This document shows positions 26,195-34,762 of a stretch of DNA of 64,000 bases, in pieces (positions within the stretch are counted from its first letter, which is position 1; each line of letters begins with the position of its first letter). Below the pieces are notes generated by a model, which did not search any database, was not told the DNA's origin, and saw nothing but the letters and a program-made list of their open reading frames with translations. The stretch lies in the IMG/VR virus record IMGVR_UViG_3300023213_000167, positions 762 through 64,761 of that record. One strand, given 5' to 3'. Both the position numbers and the translations under genes were made by a program. Source of the stretch: a virus.

Positions 26195-26430
26195 GGATCA
26201 TACTCCTCGCTGTACAGAAACACCTCCACCTTGCCCTCAGCCTTATCTACATACCACTGTAGGTGCGCGCCGCAGCCGTGGATACGCGTTCCTCCGTGGT
26301 AGTCCGGGAGTAAAACGTAGCCCGTGGCCGGGATCATGCAGAATGTCTTGAACGGATTGCCCGCCAGGTCGCGCGCGGTTCCTACTTGCCACATGCAACG
26401 ATAACTCCGTGACCCGGGAAAAAGTCCCAT
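26191..26430 (-). CDS. Hypothetical protein
   Basis: 79 aa; ATG 5 nt after a palindrome copy; ATGA overlap with the ligase. Confidence 0.55.
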   Translation of the reverse strand: MGLFPGSRSYRCMWQVGTARDLAGNPFKTFCMIPATGYVLLPDYHGGTRIHGCGAHLQWYVDKAEGKVEVFLYSEEYDP

Positions 26431-26435
26431 GTCGT

Positions 26436-26451
26436 GTCAACCTGGGTTGAC
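26436..26451. repeat. Palindrome copy 1, GTCAAC-CTGG-GTTGAC
   Basis: Read directly; lies in a 22-nt intergenic gap. Confidence 0.9.
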
Positions 26452-26452
26452 G

Positions 26453-27172
26453 TCACAACGTCTTGAATCGGCCCATGAGATTCTTGAGCTCCACGCGGCC
26501 AGGCTTGGGCGGTTGCACTGCCATGAGATTGTTTTTGCTGCACGGGAAGCACAGCTGGCCGTTCTGGCTGAGGCGGGCGTTGATCTCATCATAGCTCGGG
26601 GGCCAAGGAATGAGAGTGCCGCACATGGGGCATGGGCGCTCGGCGCAGGCGTTACACAGACTTACCAGGAACCCGCAATTCTCTGGGATGCGGCGCATGG
26701 CGTACATGTTGGCCCACAGCGCATTGGGCGGCAACAGCACGTATGTCTTGCTCTCGATGTTCCACTTGAGAGACAGCGGGCGCTTGTACCGCGCGTGGCC
26801 GCACACCATGCACACTGCGACCGTGAAGTACGACTCGTTGAACATCCGCGCCAAATCGGCGGGCTGGGTATAGGCTGCCAAGTAGGTCACCGGGTCCCAA
26901 CTGTCATCCACATACGCCCGCTCACTGCCATATGACCACAATGCCGCGTGGCTAGGCTCGTGTAACAGCAGGTCCTTTGTCCATACCCGCAGCCGCTCCA
27001 TCAGAGCGGAGCGTAGGTTTGCAGTTGACAGCGATGCGTTGTGCACCAGGAACGCCAGCACCGCGCCCATGTCAATGGGGGCGCCCTGCCGTATCGCCGA
27101 GGCGAACCTCTCGATTTCGCTTACATTGTCCACTAGGGTTCCGCTCCGAAAGCGCATGTTCAGTCCACTCAT
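26453..27172 (-). CDS. Hypothetical protein with CxxC motifs
   Basis: 239 aa; CMVCGH, CNAC, CPMCG and CFPC; ATGA overlap with the GATase. Confidence 0.6.
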   Translation of the reverse strand: MSGLNMRFRSGTLVDNVSEIERFASAIRQGAPIDMGAVLAFLVHNASLSTANLRSALMERLRVWTKDLLLHEPSHAALWSYGSERAYVDDSWDPVTYLAAYTQPADLARMFNESYFTVAVCMVCGHARYKRPLSLKWNIESKTYVLLPPNALWANMYAMRRIPENCGFLVSLCNACAERPCPMCGTLIPWPPSYDEINARLSQNGQLCFPCSKNNLMAVQPPKPGRVELKNLMGRFKTL

Positions 27173-28647
27173 GGGGTTGTAACCACGTCCCGCGGTATGT
27201 CGGACTTGATGTTACAGAACGCACACCGCAATATCCAGGCATTCCACGTCGCCAACCTAGCCCACGCTCCACACCACGGACACAGGTATCCTCCCGACTT
27301 GTAGGCATTAGTAGTGCCTACAAAGTTGCTTGGCAGTGGCATGGTGAGAAGCAGCCACTCGTAGGGCAGCTTGTGATCCAAGGATGTGGTGCCATCCTCG
27401 CGCTGCGCAGCGGGCAGGCGCACGCTGTTGAAGTTGCGATGCCACCACTTCTTCACGCGCTTGTGCGGGCGGAAGAAGCTGTAGCGGTAAACGCCGCCGT
27501 TGTGCTGCGCCATCCGTCGGAAGTTCCAGTGCCCATATGGCGTGGGTACCCTTAGCTGCATCCCATCGCTGCCATTCTCCAGCAAATTGTTGTAACGATC
27601 CGGATCGCAGTTGCGCCAGTCCATCCGGTGCCGATCGAACTCAGGCAGCGGTTTACTGGGGTCACGTTTGTGGCTCACAGGACGCCACGTAATGTCCCAT
27701 GCTTCCTCACTGTACGTCACGCCATCGCTGTACTTGTTGACGCGCTTGGCTTCAGATTCCGAAGGGCCAGTCTCCGTAATCAGGGTCGTGCTCACTGCGC
27801 AAGAGCGCAGTGGCGTGCGGGTGGGAGCGCCGGTCTTCGACACGGAACCCCCATCGTTTAGTATACGATGCTGTCTTCCCACGCCCCGCGTGTGTGTACG
27901 CGGGTGAAAAAAAGGGGAGCGCGTGACCTTCCAGGCACGCGCAAGCTGCTCATTGGGCTCCAGTACCAGAATGTGGTTATTCGGCACTCGTGTCATGGTG
28001 AGGAACCGTATGTTGGCGATGGGTACCGAAGGCAGCCGTCGTCCCGCCACCGCCGCGCTGCTCCAGTACAGGATCTCCTTCTTGGGATCTAGGAACAGAA
28101 AGACGTCCGCCCCGTCCAGCCGCGCCAGCGCGATGCGGTCACGGGAATTCGCGTTCCAAATAGCCAGCGTGGCGCTGCCTTGCAGAATACTGAGGTAGGT
28201 CAGAGCTGTGTCATAGTCCGTGCCCTGAGACAGCACCAACGGCACCGCGGATGTATCCACTTCAGCGGACCTGTGGTCCTTGTCATAGTAGTCCCACAAG
28301 TCATCGTCGTTGGTGATTTGGCCGTTGTGGACAACCACCCACCCGCCCCGTTCCACGGGATGGTTGTTACGGTTGTCCTTGGCCTCTCCCTTTGTCGCCT
28401 GCCGCGCGTGTACCAGGCCGCGTGGGCTAGAGACAATCTTGTCCCACAACCCGCTGTCGCGCCCGATGGTGCTAATTAGGTGCTCGGCAGGCCCCTGGTG
28501 TTTCTTGATCCGGATGCTGGTGCCCTCCTGAAATGCGACACCCGCGGCATCGGTGCCGCGCAGGCGGTTCGCCAACAGCAGCGCCTGCACGTGGCCCACC
28601 GTAGGCCGCGCATCCCCCCAACAATACCACCCTCCGATTCCGCACAT
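27169..28647 (-). CDS. Class II (Ntn) glutamine amidotransferase with C-terminal extension
   Basis: MCGI N-terminal nucleophile, RGTDAAG, HARQAT, NNHP, VHNG and VDT; C-terminal CPWC...CAFC. Confidence 0.9.
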   Translation of the reverse strand: MCGIGGWYCWGDARPTVGHVQALLLANRLRGTDAAGVAFQEGTSIRIKKHQGPAEHLISTIGRDSGLWDKIVSSPRGLVHARQATKGEAKDNRNNHPVERGGWVVVHNGQITNDDDLWDYYDKDHRSAEVDTSAVPLVLSQGTDYDTALTYLSILQGSATLAIWNANSRDRIALARLDGADVFLFLDPKKEILYWSSAAVAGRRLPSVPIANIRFLTMTRVPNNHILVLEPNEQLARAWKVTRSPFFHPRTHTRGVGRQHRILNDGGSVSKTGAPTRTPLRSCAVSTTLITETGPSESEAKRVNKYSDGVTYSEEAWDITWRPVSHKRDPSKPLPEFDRHRMDWRNCDPDRYNNLLENGSDGMQLRVPTPYGHWNFRRMAQHNGGVYRYSFFRPHKRVKKWWHRNFNSVRLPAAQREDGTTSLDHKLPYEWLLLTMPLPSNFVGTTNAYKSGGYLCPWCGAWARLATWNAWILRCAFCNIKSDIPRDVVTTP

Positions 28648-28697
28648 TACGGCCTCCCCCTTCCCGCGCTCATCCGTTAGGGCTGAGCACGCAGTGC

Positions 28698-29756
28698 TTA
28701 GTACCGTGTGATGCCGTGCTCATTGCAGAAACTGCTCCACCCGTAGTTGTCCTTCCACACCAAGTCTAGGGCGCCATCCTGTGGAAGAAACTTGGGTGCA
28801 GTCATGATGGTGTTAGCCTTGTAGTGCCCGGCGAACTCCCCGCTGACCGCGATACGGCCCTCGCCAGTGTTGATGGCGCGGGTAATGGCTTCCTCTGCGC
28901 CCTTGTCGTGCGCCTTCTCGAACACGGGGAAGTCCATTGCGATATCGCGCATGATGCCTAGGCCCAGGTGGCCCACGGCGGGATGCGACCATACCTCGGG
29001 GCCGGGCGTGCGGTACTCAATGCCCACGAATAGCGGCGGATCGCCGTCATAGAATTTCATGGCCGCATCGTATCTCCCGCGCAGCAACGTGTTGCCAAGC
29101 AGGTTCATCCGCTCGGCCTGGGCCTTGTCCCAATACTTCCCATGCTGCTGCATCCGAAACTCCCCGGCCTGGCCGTAAAACTGGCGCCGCGCCCAACTGG
29201 CGGGGGAGGGATACATGCAAGCAAGAGGCACGCCCAGGTGCTTGTCGCACGCCTTGATGTACGTGGCGACGCGCTCCGCATCTCGCATCCAGGCGTAGGT
29301 TCCGGTGAATGCTTCCAGCAAAGGCACACTGATGTGTAGGTGGCCCCCCGCGTATCGGAAGGGATGCGTCATGGCGTCGATGGGCGGGCACTTATACTGC
29401 ACCGTGTAGGCATCCATACTCGGCTCACACCCGAATTGCTTCACGTCGTCGGGCGCATCTATCATGTCCGCTAGGTCTATTTGCACCGTCGGCAGTGCCT
29501 TGACCGCGAAGCCTTTCGCGGCCATCTTTTGCTGCAACTCCCGCAGAGACAGGATGGCGGTCATAGCCACGCTTTCGCGGCAGGTGTACGCAGCGGCGAG
29601 ATTCAACTCCACCGCGTAGCCGTCACGGAAGAAGTGACCGTAGACCGTCTTTGTCTTGTGGTGCTTATCCCCGAACGCCAGATGCGCAGGGGCAGGCTTG
29701 TCCCCCTGGAACAAAAAGTATTCAGGGTCGGTCCCAAAGTAGAACGGGTACGCCAT
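28698..29756 (-). CDS. phiEco32-like COOH-NH2 ligase type 2 (copy 2)
   Basis: FGTDPEY, DGYAVELN, FGCEPSMDAY, RYAGGHLH, RRQFYGQAGEFR and GIEYRT. Confidence 0.9.
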   Translation of the reverse strand: MAYPFYFGTDPEYFLFQGDKPAPAHLAFGDKHHKTKTVYGHFFRDGYAVELNLAAAYTCRESVAMTAILSLRELQQKMAAKGFAVKALPTVQIDLADMIDAPDDVKQFGCEPSMDAYTVQYKCPPIDAMTHPFRYAGGHLHISVPLLEAFTGTYAWMRDAERVATYIKACDKHLGVPLACMYPSPASWARRQFYGQAGEFRMQQHGKYWDKAQAERMNLLGNTLLRGRYDAAMKFYDGDPPLFVGIEYRTPGPEVWSHPAVGHLGLGIMRDIAMDFPVFEKAHDKGAEEAITRAINTGEGRIAVSGEFAGHYKANTIMTAPKFLPQDGALDLVWKDNYGWSSFCNEHGITRY

Positions 29757-30509
29757 TACCGCCTCCTCTTTACTTGTCCGGATCTATCTCCGCCAACATG
29801 TCAATTACCTCACGCTCCTTGAAATAAAAATTGCTACCGAGTTCTACCGGCCATTCCTCGGTTGTGGCGGGCTCCAGTTTGCCTAGCACAGGTACCTTGG
29901 GTGTATCATCCTGCTTATAATGCTCCGGCAACCGGGCGGCATCAAAGGCGCCGGAGCCGGGCCGCATGGCAGGAGGGGCGACGGGTAGTTCGTAGTGCTT
30001 CAGTTCCTTGTGATGCTTTTCACAGCAGAAACGGCAGAAGTCCCCAATGCAGCGGTACCCTGTGACGGGGTTAACCTTGCAGCCCTCGCTGATACACTTG
30101 CCCCAATTCATCGTATTGGCTCTTTCCCATTGGCGGGCGCGGTGATCCTGACGACCATCGGTGTGGTAGCTCTCGTTAGAACGGAAAACCATCCCACGGC
30201 GCCTCATATTGAGTGACGTCGACGAGTCTTCCCAAGCGCGGACCAACCACGCTACTATGCCCCACAGCAGACATGCCAGGACTATCAGTATCCACATTTG
30301 CTGGCTTAGACTCGGCTCCTCCATTGGCTAGTATCGGCAAACTACGCCGCTCCCCCAAGTGCCTGAGTATTCCCTCTTCCAAAGGAATGAATGTGTCTCC
30401 ACAGTTGTCACAATGATACATCCCCGACTCTTCGCAGTCCCCATAAATTTTGGTGAGGTGCTGCGAGGTGTTGCACTGATAGCACTTAATCTCTCCTGCG
30501 TCCTCGCCC

Positions 30510-30953
30510 TCAGGAGGTTTCTGTGGGCTCATACCCCGCGTCCTTCAATACCTTCCGTAGCGCTTGCACCTGCCTCACGGACAGCCGCGTGGTTTCATAA
30601 CCCTTGTCATGATAAATGCTGCGGAAGCGCTTGGGCGGGAACTTCTTGACGCTTTCGACGATGGCCGCGCGCACGCCATTTTTGTTTGGGCAATCGTCTT
30701 CGCCACACGTGCAAACCCCGTTGTAGCCGGGGATATTCTTAGGTATAGGGCGCACAGTGTTGCTGTAGCACCAGACATGCGCGCCCTGGTCATAGCAGCG
30801 CTGCACGTAGGTGTGCGTGTCCGACTCTAGCTCCGCGAGCAGGCGGTAGGCGGGGCGCCCCGTGAGGGCGCGTAGGCAGTGCAGCGTCAGCCCGATGTGG
30901 TCCATGTCCCGCCACTTCTTCAACAGCACCTTCCAGTCCGTGTCCTTAGCCAT
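30510..30953 (-). CDS. Hypothetical protein with SWIM-like Cys motif
   Basis: 147 aa; VCTCGEDDCP. Confidence 0.5.
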   Translation of the reverse strand: MAKDTDWKVLLKKWRDMDHIGLTLHCLRALTGRPAYRLLAELESDTHTYVQRCYDQGAHVWCYSNTVRPIPKNIPGYNGVCTCGEDDCPNKNGVRAAIVESVKKFPPKRFRSIYHDKGYETTRLSVRQVQALRKVLKDAGYEPTETS

Positions 30954-31198
30954 GTTGTCTTACCCCGTCGCGTCGCTTTCGGTGTTCTTCTTGCCAGGGA
31001 CGGTCAGCATCCGGAGGCAACGGAAGTTTCCCCCCTCGACGATGCCAAGGTACCCCGCCTCGTCACAAATGACGACGGCCAGGTCGTCCGTGACTGCCAG
31101 AATCAAAGCTGGGCTGTCCACGCCGATTGGCCACGCATGGCCGGCTTCCCCGGCGACTCGCTGGACCACCCCTCCACAGAAACCCTTGGTCGTAACCA

Positions 31199-31471
31199 TT
31201 ATGCGTCCCCTCCTCCTTCTATGTACAGATCGTGCTCAACCTCGGGGCACCCGTGATCCCACTCATCTCGTAGGAACACCGTGCGCGGCAGCGGATTCAC
31301 CCGCACCGGCTCACAGCGTGAGATGTTTATTTCTTCGCGGTTGTCCTCGCTCATTTCTTGCATCCTCTCGACCAACGCGGTACGCGCCTGCATACATTCA
31401 TCGTAAGACTTGAACACCCTACCTTCTGTGTGCACGGGTAGGATGGAAATGAGAATAACCCATAGTAACAT
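31199..31471 (-). CDS. Small signal/TM-anchored protein
   Basis: Hydrophobic N-terminus then FKSYDEC. Confidence 0.55.
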   Translation of the reverse strand: MLLWVILISILPVHTEGRVFKSYDECMQARTALVERMQEMSEDNREEINISRCEPVRVNPLPRTVFLRDEWDHGCPEVEHDLYIEGGGDA

Positions 31472-31498
31472 GAGCGTTAGCCCTTCTAGACGGTGTCG

Positions 31499-31855
31499 TT
31501 ACTTCTTAGGGCAGGGGCAGGTGCCGCTGTTGCAGTAGCGGTGATCTTTGAACGCTACCCGGTGAAAATTGAGGAACGTCTCGGCGGTGCTGTGATACTG
31601 ACCTCCTTCGCGTGGATGCCGCCACAGGTCGCGGTTACGCGGATGCATTTGGTAACCGTGCCAGATAAGCATCTTGCGCACCCACATGCCTATCTCACGT
31701 GACACGCCGTCTCGCTCAAACGTGCGCGGGCGCGGCGCCACAACAGGATCGACAATGACCTGAGCATCTTCCGGGGGTTGCAGCTTAGCGGCTTTGTCAG
31801 CTAGTTCAGTCTGCCCGCCACGACGCAAACCTTCAACGTAAGCAGCGTAGCTCAT
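31499..31855 (-). CDS. Hypothetical protein
   Basis: 118 aa; AGGAGAGGTG RBS; C-terminal HRYCNSGTCPC. Confidence 0.6.
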   Translation of the reverse strand: MSYAAYVEGLRRGGQTELADKAAKLQPPEDAQVIVDPVVAPRPRTFERDGVSREIGMWVRKMLIWHGYQMHPRNRDLWRHPREGGQYHSTAETFLNFHRVAFKDHRYCNSGTCPCPKK

Positions 31856-32801
31856 GGTGCCACCTCTCCTAACCGAGGAACTCCCGAGGCAACTGGTACT
31901 GTCGTTCCGAGGCTACTACTGAAGATGAACTACGTCAGAGACATCTACAGGTGTCAATTTTCCCAACACGGGCACCACAATAGAGTCGTCCCGTCCGCGC
32001 GGTACGTCAGGGGGAACCTTCTTCCGCAGCGCAGGCAACGCCAACCCACCCGCCACCTTATTAAATGCATGATTAGCAGGGTCCCAATGCTGCTTAGGAC
32101 GGCGCTCACGACGGCTATCGTAATGTACACGGGCCGCGTCTATCCTTTCCCGCGCATCCGCGCGGTGCCCCACGTGTTCACGCGCGTTACCCACGATTAA
32201 GACCGTTCGCTGCCCAAAGCTGGGCAAATGTCAGGATGATGCGGGCCTCCTGCGGAGTCAGCTTGTTGCGCGCCTCTATTTCCGCAAACCACGCACTGAG
32301 AATCTCGTTGGGCACCAGCTTGGGATGTTCCAAAACCTCATAGCATTTCTGCGTAGTGGTGTCATACAAATCCCAATGATCGAAGAAGCTGCCCTCATCT
32401 ATGCACAGCTCAAAGCGCGGCTTCGGTTTTACCTTGGGCATAACACCCCCCGGTGTATGAAGTCACAGTACGCCTTGTTGGCCCGGGACCATTTCCGCGT
32501 CTCCTTACATCCGCTGCACAATCCCTCCGGGTCCAATACAAACTGACCAGCCGTGGAATCAAAGTTGATCTGGACCAGGGACGTATTGCACACCGGGCAT
32601 GGCGGTGCAGCCAGTCCGCGATAGCGCCACCTAGTCCAGAGGTCCAACGCCGGTTCTCCTACTTGCCGAAGCCACCGAGCGGCGAAATGATGCGTGTTCC
32701 GGTGATGATGCTGTGTAAGCCGAGACCCACGAAGCTCAGCGCCATCACGATGACGACAGCAGCTACGAAGATACCTAGTGCCTTGAACACGTGTCCTCCT
32801 T

Positions 32802-32817
32802 GTCAACCTAGGTTGAC
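32802..32817. repeat. Palindrome copy 2, GTCAAC-CTAG-GTTGAC
   Basis: Immediately upstream of an AAGGAGG RBS on the minus strand. Confidence 0.9.
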
Positions 32818-33530
32818 ACGGCGGGGCCGATTCCCCGCCGTGCCGCACAGGAAACGCACACGACACTACCTACACCTACGCCATCACAAAAGGCATTTCG
32901 TGTAGGAGGCAGAGACATTCGCGATCATCCCCATCCGCGACGACCGCCGGGTCCCCTGCCGCGGGCATCACAGGTACGCCGAGGGTGTTACCGCCACGGC
33001 ACCTGTGACCTGCATCCCCGCCCTGTAACCCCACCCGCGCCCATTCTCCCATCCTGAGTTGCGAGTGTCCCCCCTGTTACTTCCGCCGGTAGCAGAAAGC
33101 ATGGGGTTTGGAGCCCCAGAGACCTCTGCGTCCCGGTACTACGTTGGTCAGGCTTTTACGTGTCACCGTAGGGTTACCGGCGACGACCCACCCTCTCTCA
33201 GTGCCCCTTTTGACAGCTTTGGGGCATCCCCTAGCCTGACAAGCGGCGCCGTACAACAGCACCGCCTCCCCAAGTCAGCGTTAGCCTCCCTCGGGGGTAC
33301 CTGGCCCTGGGGTTCTGTGCATCCCGCGAGAGTATTAGTCAAGCGTGGCGCGTGAAACCCCGGCATCCAGTCACTACAGCCGTTTCCAGCCCCCGGCCTG
33401 CGTTATCCTCGTCATGTATCGACGGTACGCCGCAGAACAGCCACCGAAGTAGCCTACCGGGTGCGTACTTTGGCATCGGCGTATAACCCCACCGTCGGGT
33501 GCGTGCGCAGCCGAGCACGCCTCGGATGCG
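32817..33530 (-). ncRNA. Candidate large structured non-coding RNA (~700 nt)
   Basis: No ORF with a credible RBS; many helices including UUCG- and GAAA-capped hairpins and two 8-bp long-range stems; directly follows a tRNA-like element. Confidence 0.5.
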
Positions 33531-33532
33531 TA

Positions 33533-33601
33533 TGGAAGGACTCGGGGGGATTCGAACCCCCAACCGCGTTTGGCGGACGCGCTTTAAGTCACCCTAGTCC
33601 T
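33533..33601 (-). tRNA. Aberrant tRNA-Gly(GCC)-like element with CCA end and no D-arm
   Basis: T-arm GGGGG-TTCGAAT-CCCCC, arm CGCGT-CCGCCAA-ACGCG, 7/8-bp acceptor, then U-CCA; only 12 nt where the D-arm belongs. Confidence 0.5.
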
Positions 33602-34101
33602 ACATCAAGCCAGACCAGGAAAGTCGCGCGCAGGTGGCCCACAGAACTTGACTAGCGTTAGCCCGTCTCTGCTATACCTGCGTCCGAGCCCCGTACAACG
33701 ATATCGTCCGTTACTTCCGCGGGCAATTCTACCAGTCGCGCAGGGGTTTCATGGCCCGCCTCCTTTTCCCAGGGTGCACGCCAGACACCATCCACGCCAA
33801 GTATCATGTCGACAATAGCCGGCCCCGCGCCAGATAGCCAGTCCTCAAAATTACGCGCGGCAATCACGGACTGTATCCCCAAATAACCGTAGCCAAAAGC
33901 CGCGCAATGCGACTGGCGTGAACGTAATGCAGCTTACCTGCGTATAGGGCGTCGTTCTGGGTCTCGATAGCCTGGCGCTCTTTTTCGGTGAACGTTACGG
34001 TGTAGATCACCTCACCACTGGGCGTTGAAGTGCGCTCCATGATACCCTCCCCCCTGTCTATGGTTAAGCCGCAGCCCCGCCTCACCTTTCTGCCTTACTA
34101 T

Positions 34102-34174
34102 TACCAACGGATGGATTTGGACCACCAACCCCCGGGCTCCACGGCCCGGTGCTCTGCCATTGAGCTACGTTGGC
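34102..34174 (-). tRNA. Aberrant tRNA-His(GUG)-like cloverleaf
   Basis: Acceptor GCCAACG/CGTTGGT, D-arm GCTC-AATGGCA-GAGC, anticodon stem CCGGG/CCCGG with an 8-nt loop CCGTGGAG, T-loop TCCAAAT; no encoded CCA. Confidence 0.7.
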
Positions 34175-34412
34175 ATATTGTCGGTAAAGCGGGGCTACGA
34201 CACCCTAATCTTCCATAGCCTCACGGATCATGAGGCCATCGTCGAAATTCAGCCAGTACAGCCGATGCCAGAACGTGTTGGGTATTACCAGCCGCTTGAA
34301 AGGTTTGCGCGCGGGAAGAACGGAGCACTCCTTTCTTTCCTCGCATTTCGCCGAGCGTGAGCCCGACTTGGCGGACCGAGCGGGAAGCCGGCCCGTCGCG
34401 CGCGAACCCTTC

Positions 34413-34601
34413 TTACCCCTCATGGTCAGCGCCCAATCCTCCATTCATCGCGAGAAAGACGCAGTCGCAGCAATCCTCCGGCCCCTCCGCGATGCACTGT
34501 TCGATCAGGTTCTGCCGGAGCTCGAACGGGAGGTTCCGCTCGTCTGTCCCCAACGACTCTGCCACTTCCGCGATAGGGCACACGAAGATTTGCTCTACCA
34601 T
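34413..34601 (-). CDS. Cys-rich microprotein (paralog A, 62 aa)
   Basis: MVEQIFVCPIAEVAESLG...PFELRQNLIEQC...DCCDCVFLAMNGG. Confidence 0.6.
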   Translation of the reverse strand: MVEQIFVCPIAEVAESLGTDERNLPFELRQNLIEQCIAEGPEDCCDCVFLAMNGGLGADHEG

Positions 34602-34762
34602 TGGTCCCCCAACCCCGGCCCGCCGTTCATGGCGAGCCATGCGCACGTGCAGTCATTCCCGCATATGTCGATCATGTCGTGCCGTAGCTCCTCGGGTACG
34701 GCGCTTACGTGCAACCCTAGCTCGGACGCCAACCAGTCTATCGGACACGCGGCAGTTGCCAT
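34595..34762 (-). CDS. Cys-rich microprotein (paralog B, 55 aa), not in the ORF track
   Basis: GGGGAGG RBS; MATAACPIDWLASELG...PEELRHDMIDICGNDCTCAWLAMNGG. Confidence 0.65.
   Translation of the reverse strand: MATAACPIDWLASELGLHVSAVPEELRHDMIDICGNDCTCAWLAMNGGPGLGDQW

Noticed and set aside
33617-33660. AGGAAAGTC...ACAGAAC resembling RNase P conserved regions I and V on the plus strand
   Set aside because: The two motifs are only ~15 nt apart, the P4 pairing is not canonical, and they are antisense to local transcription.
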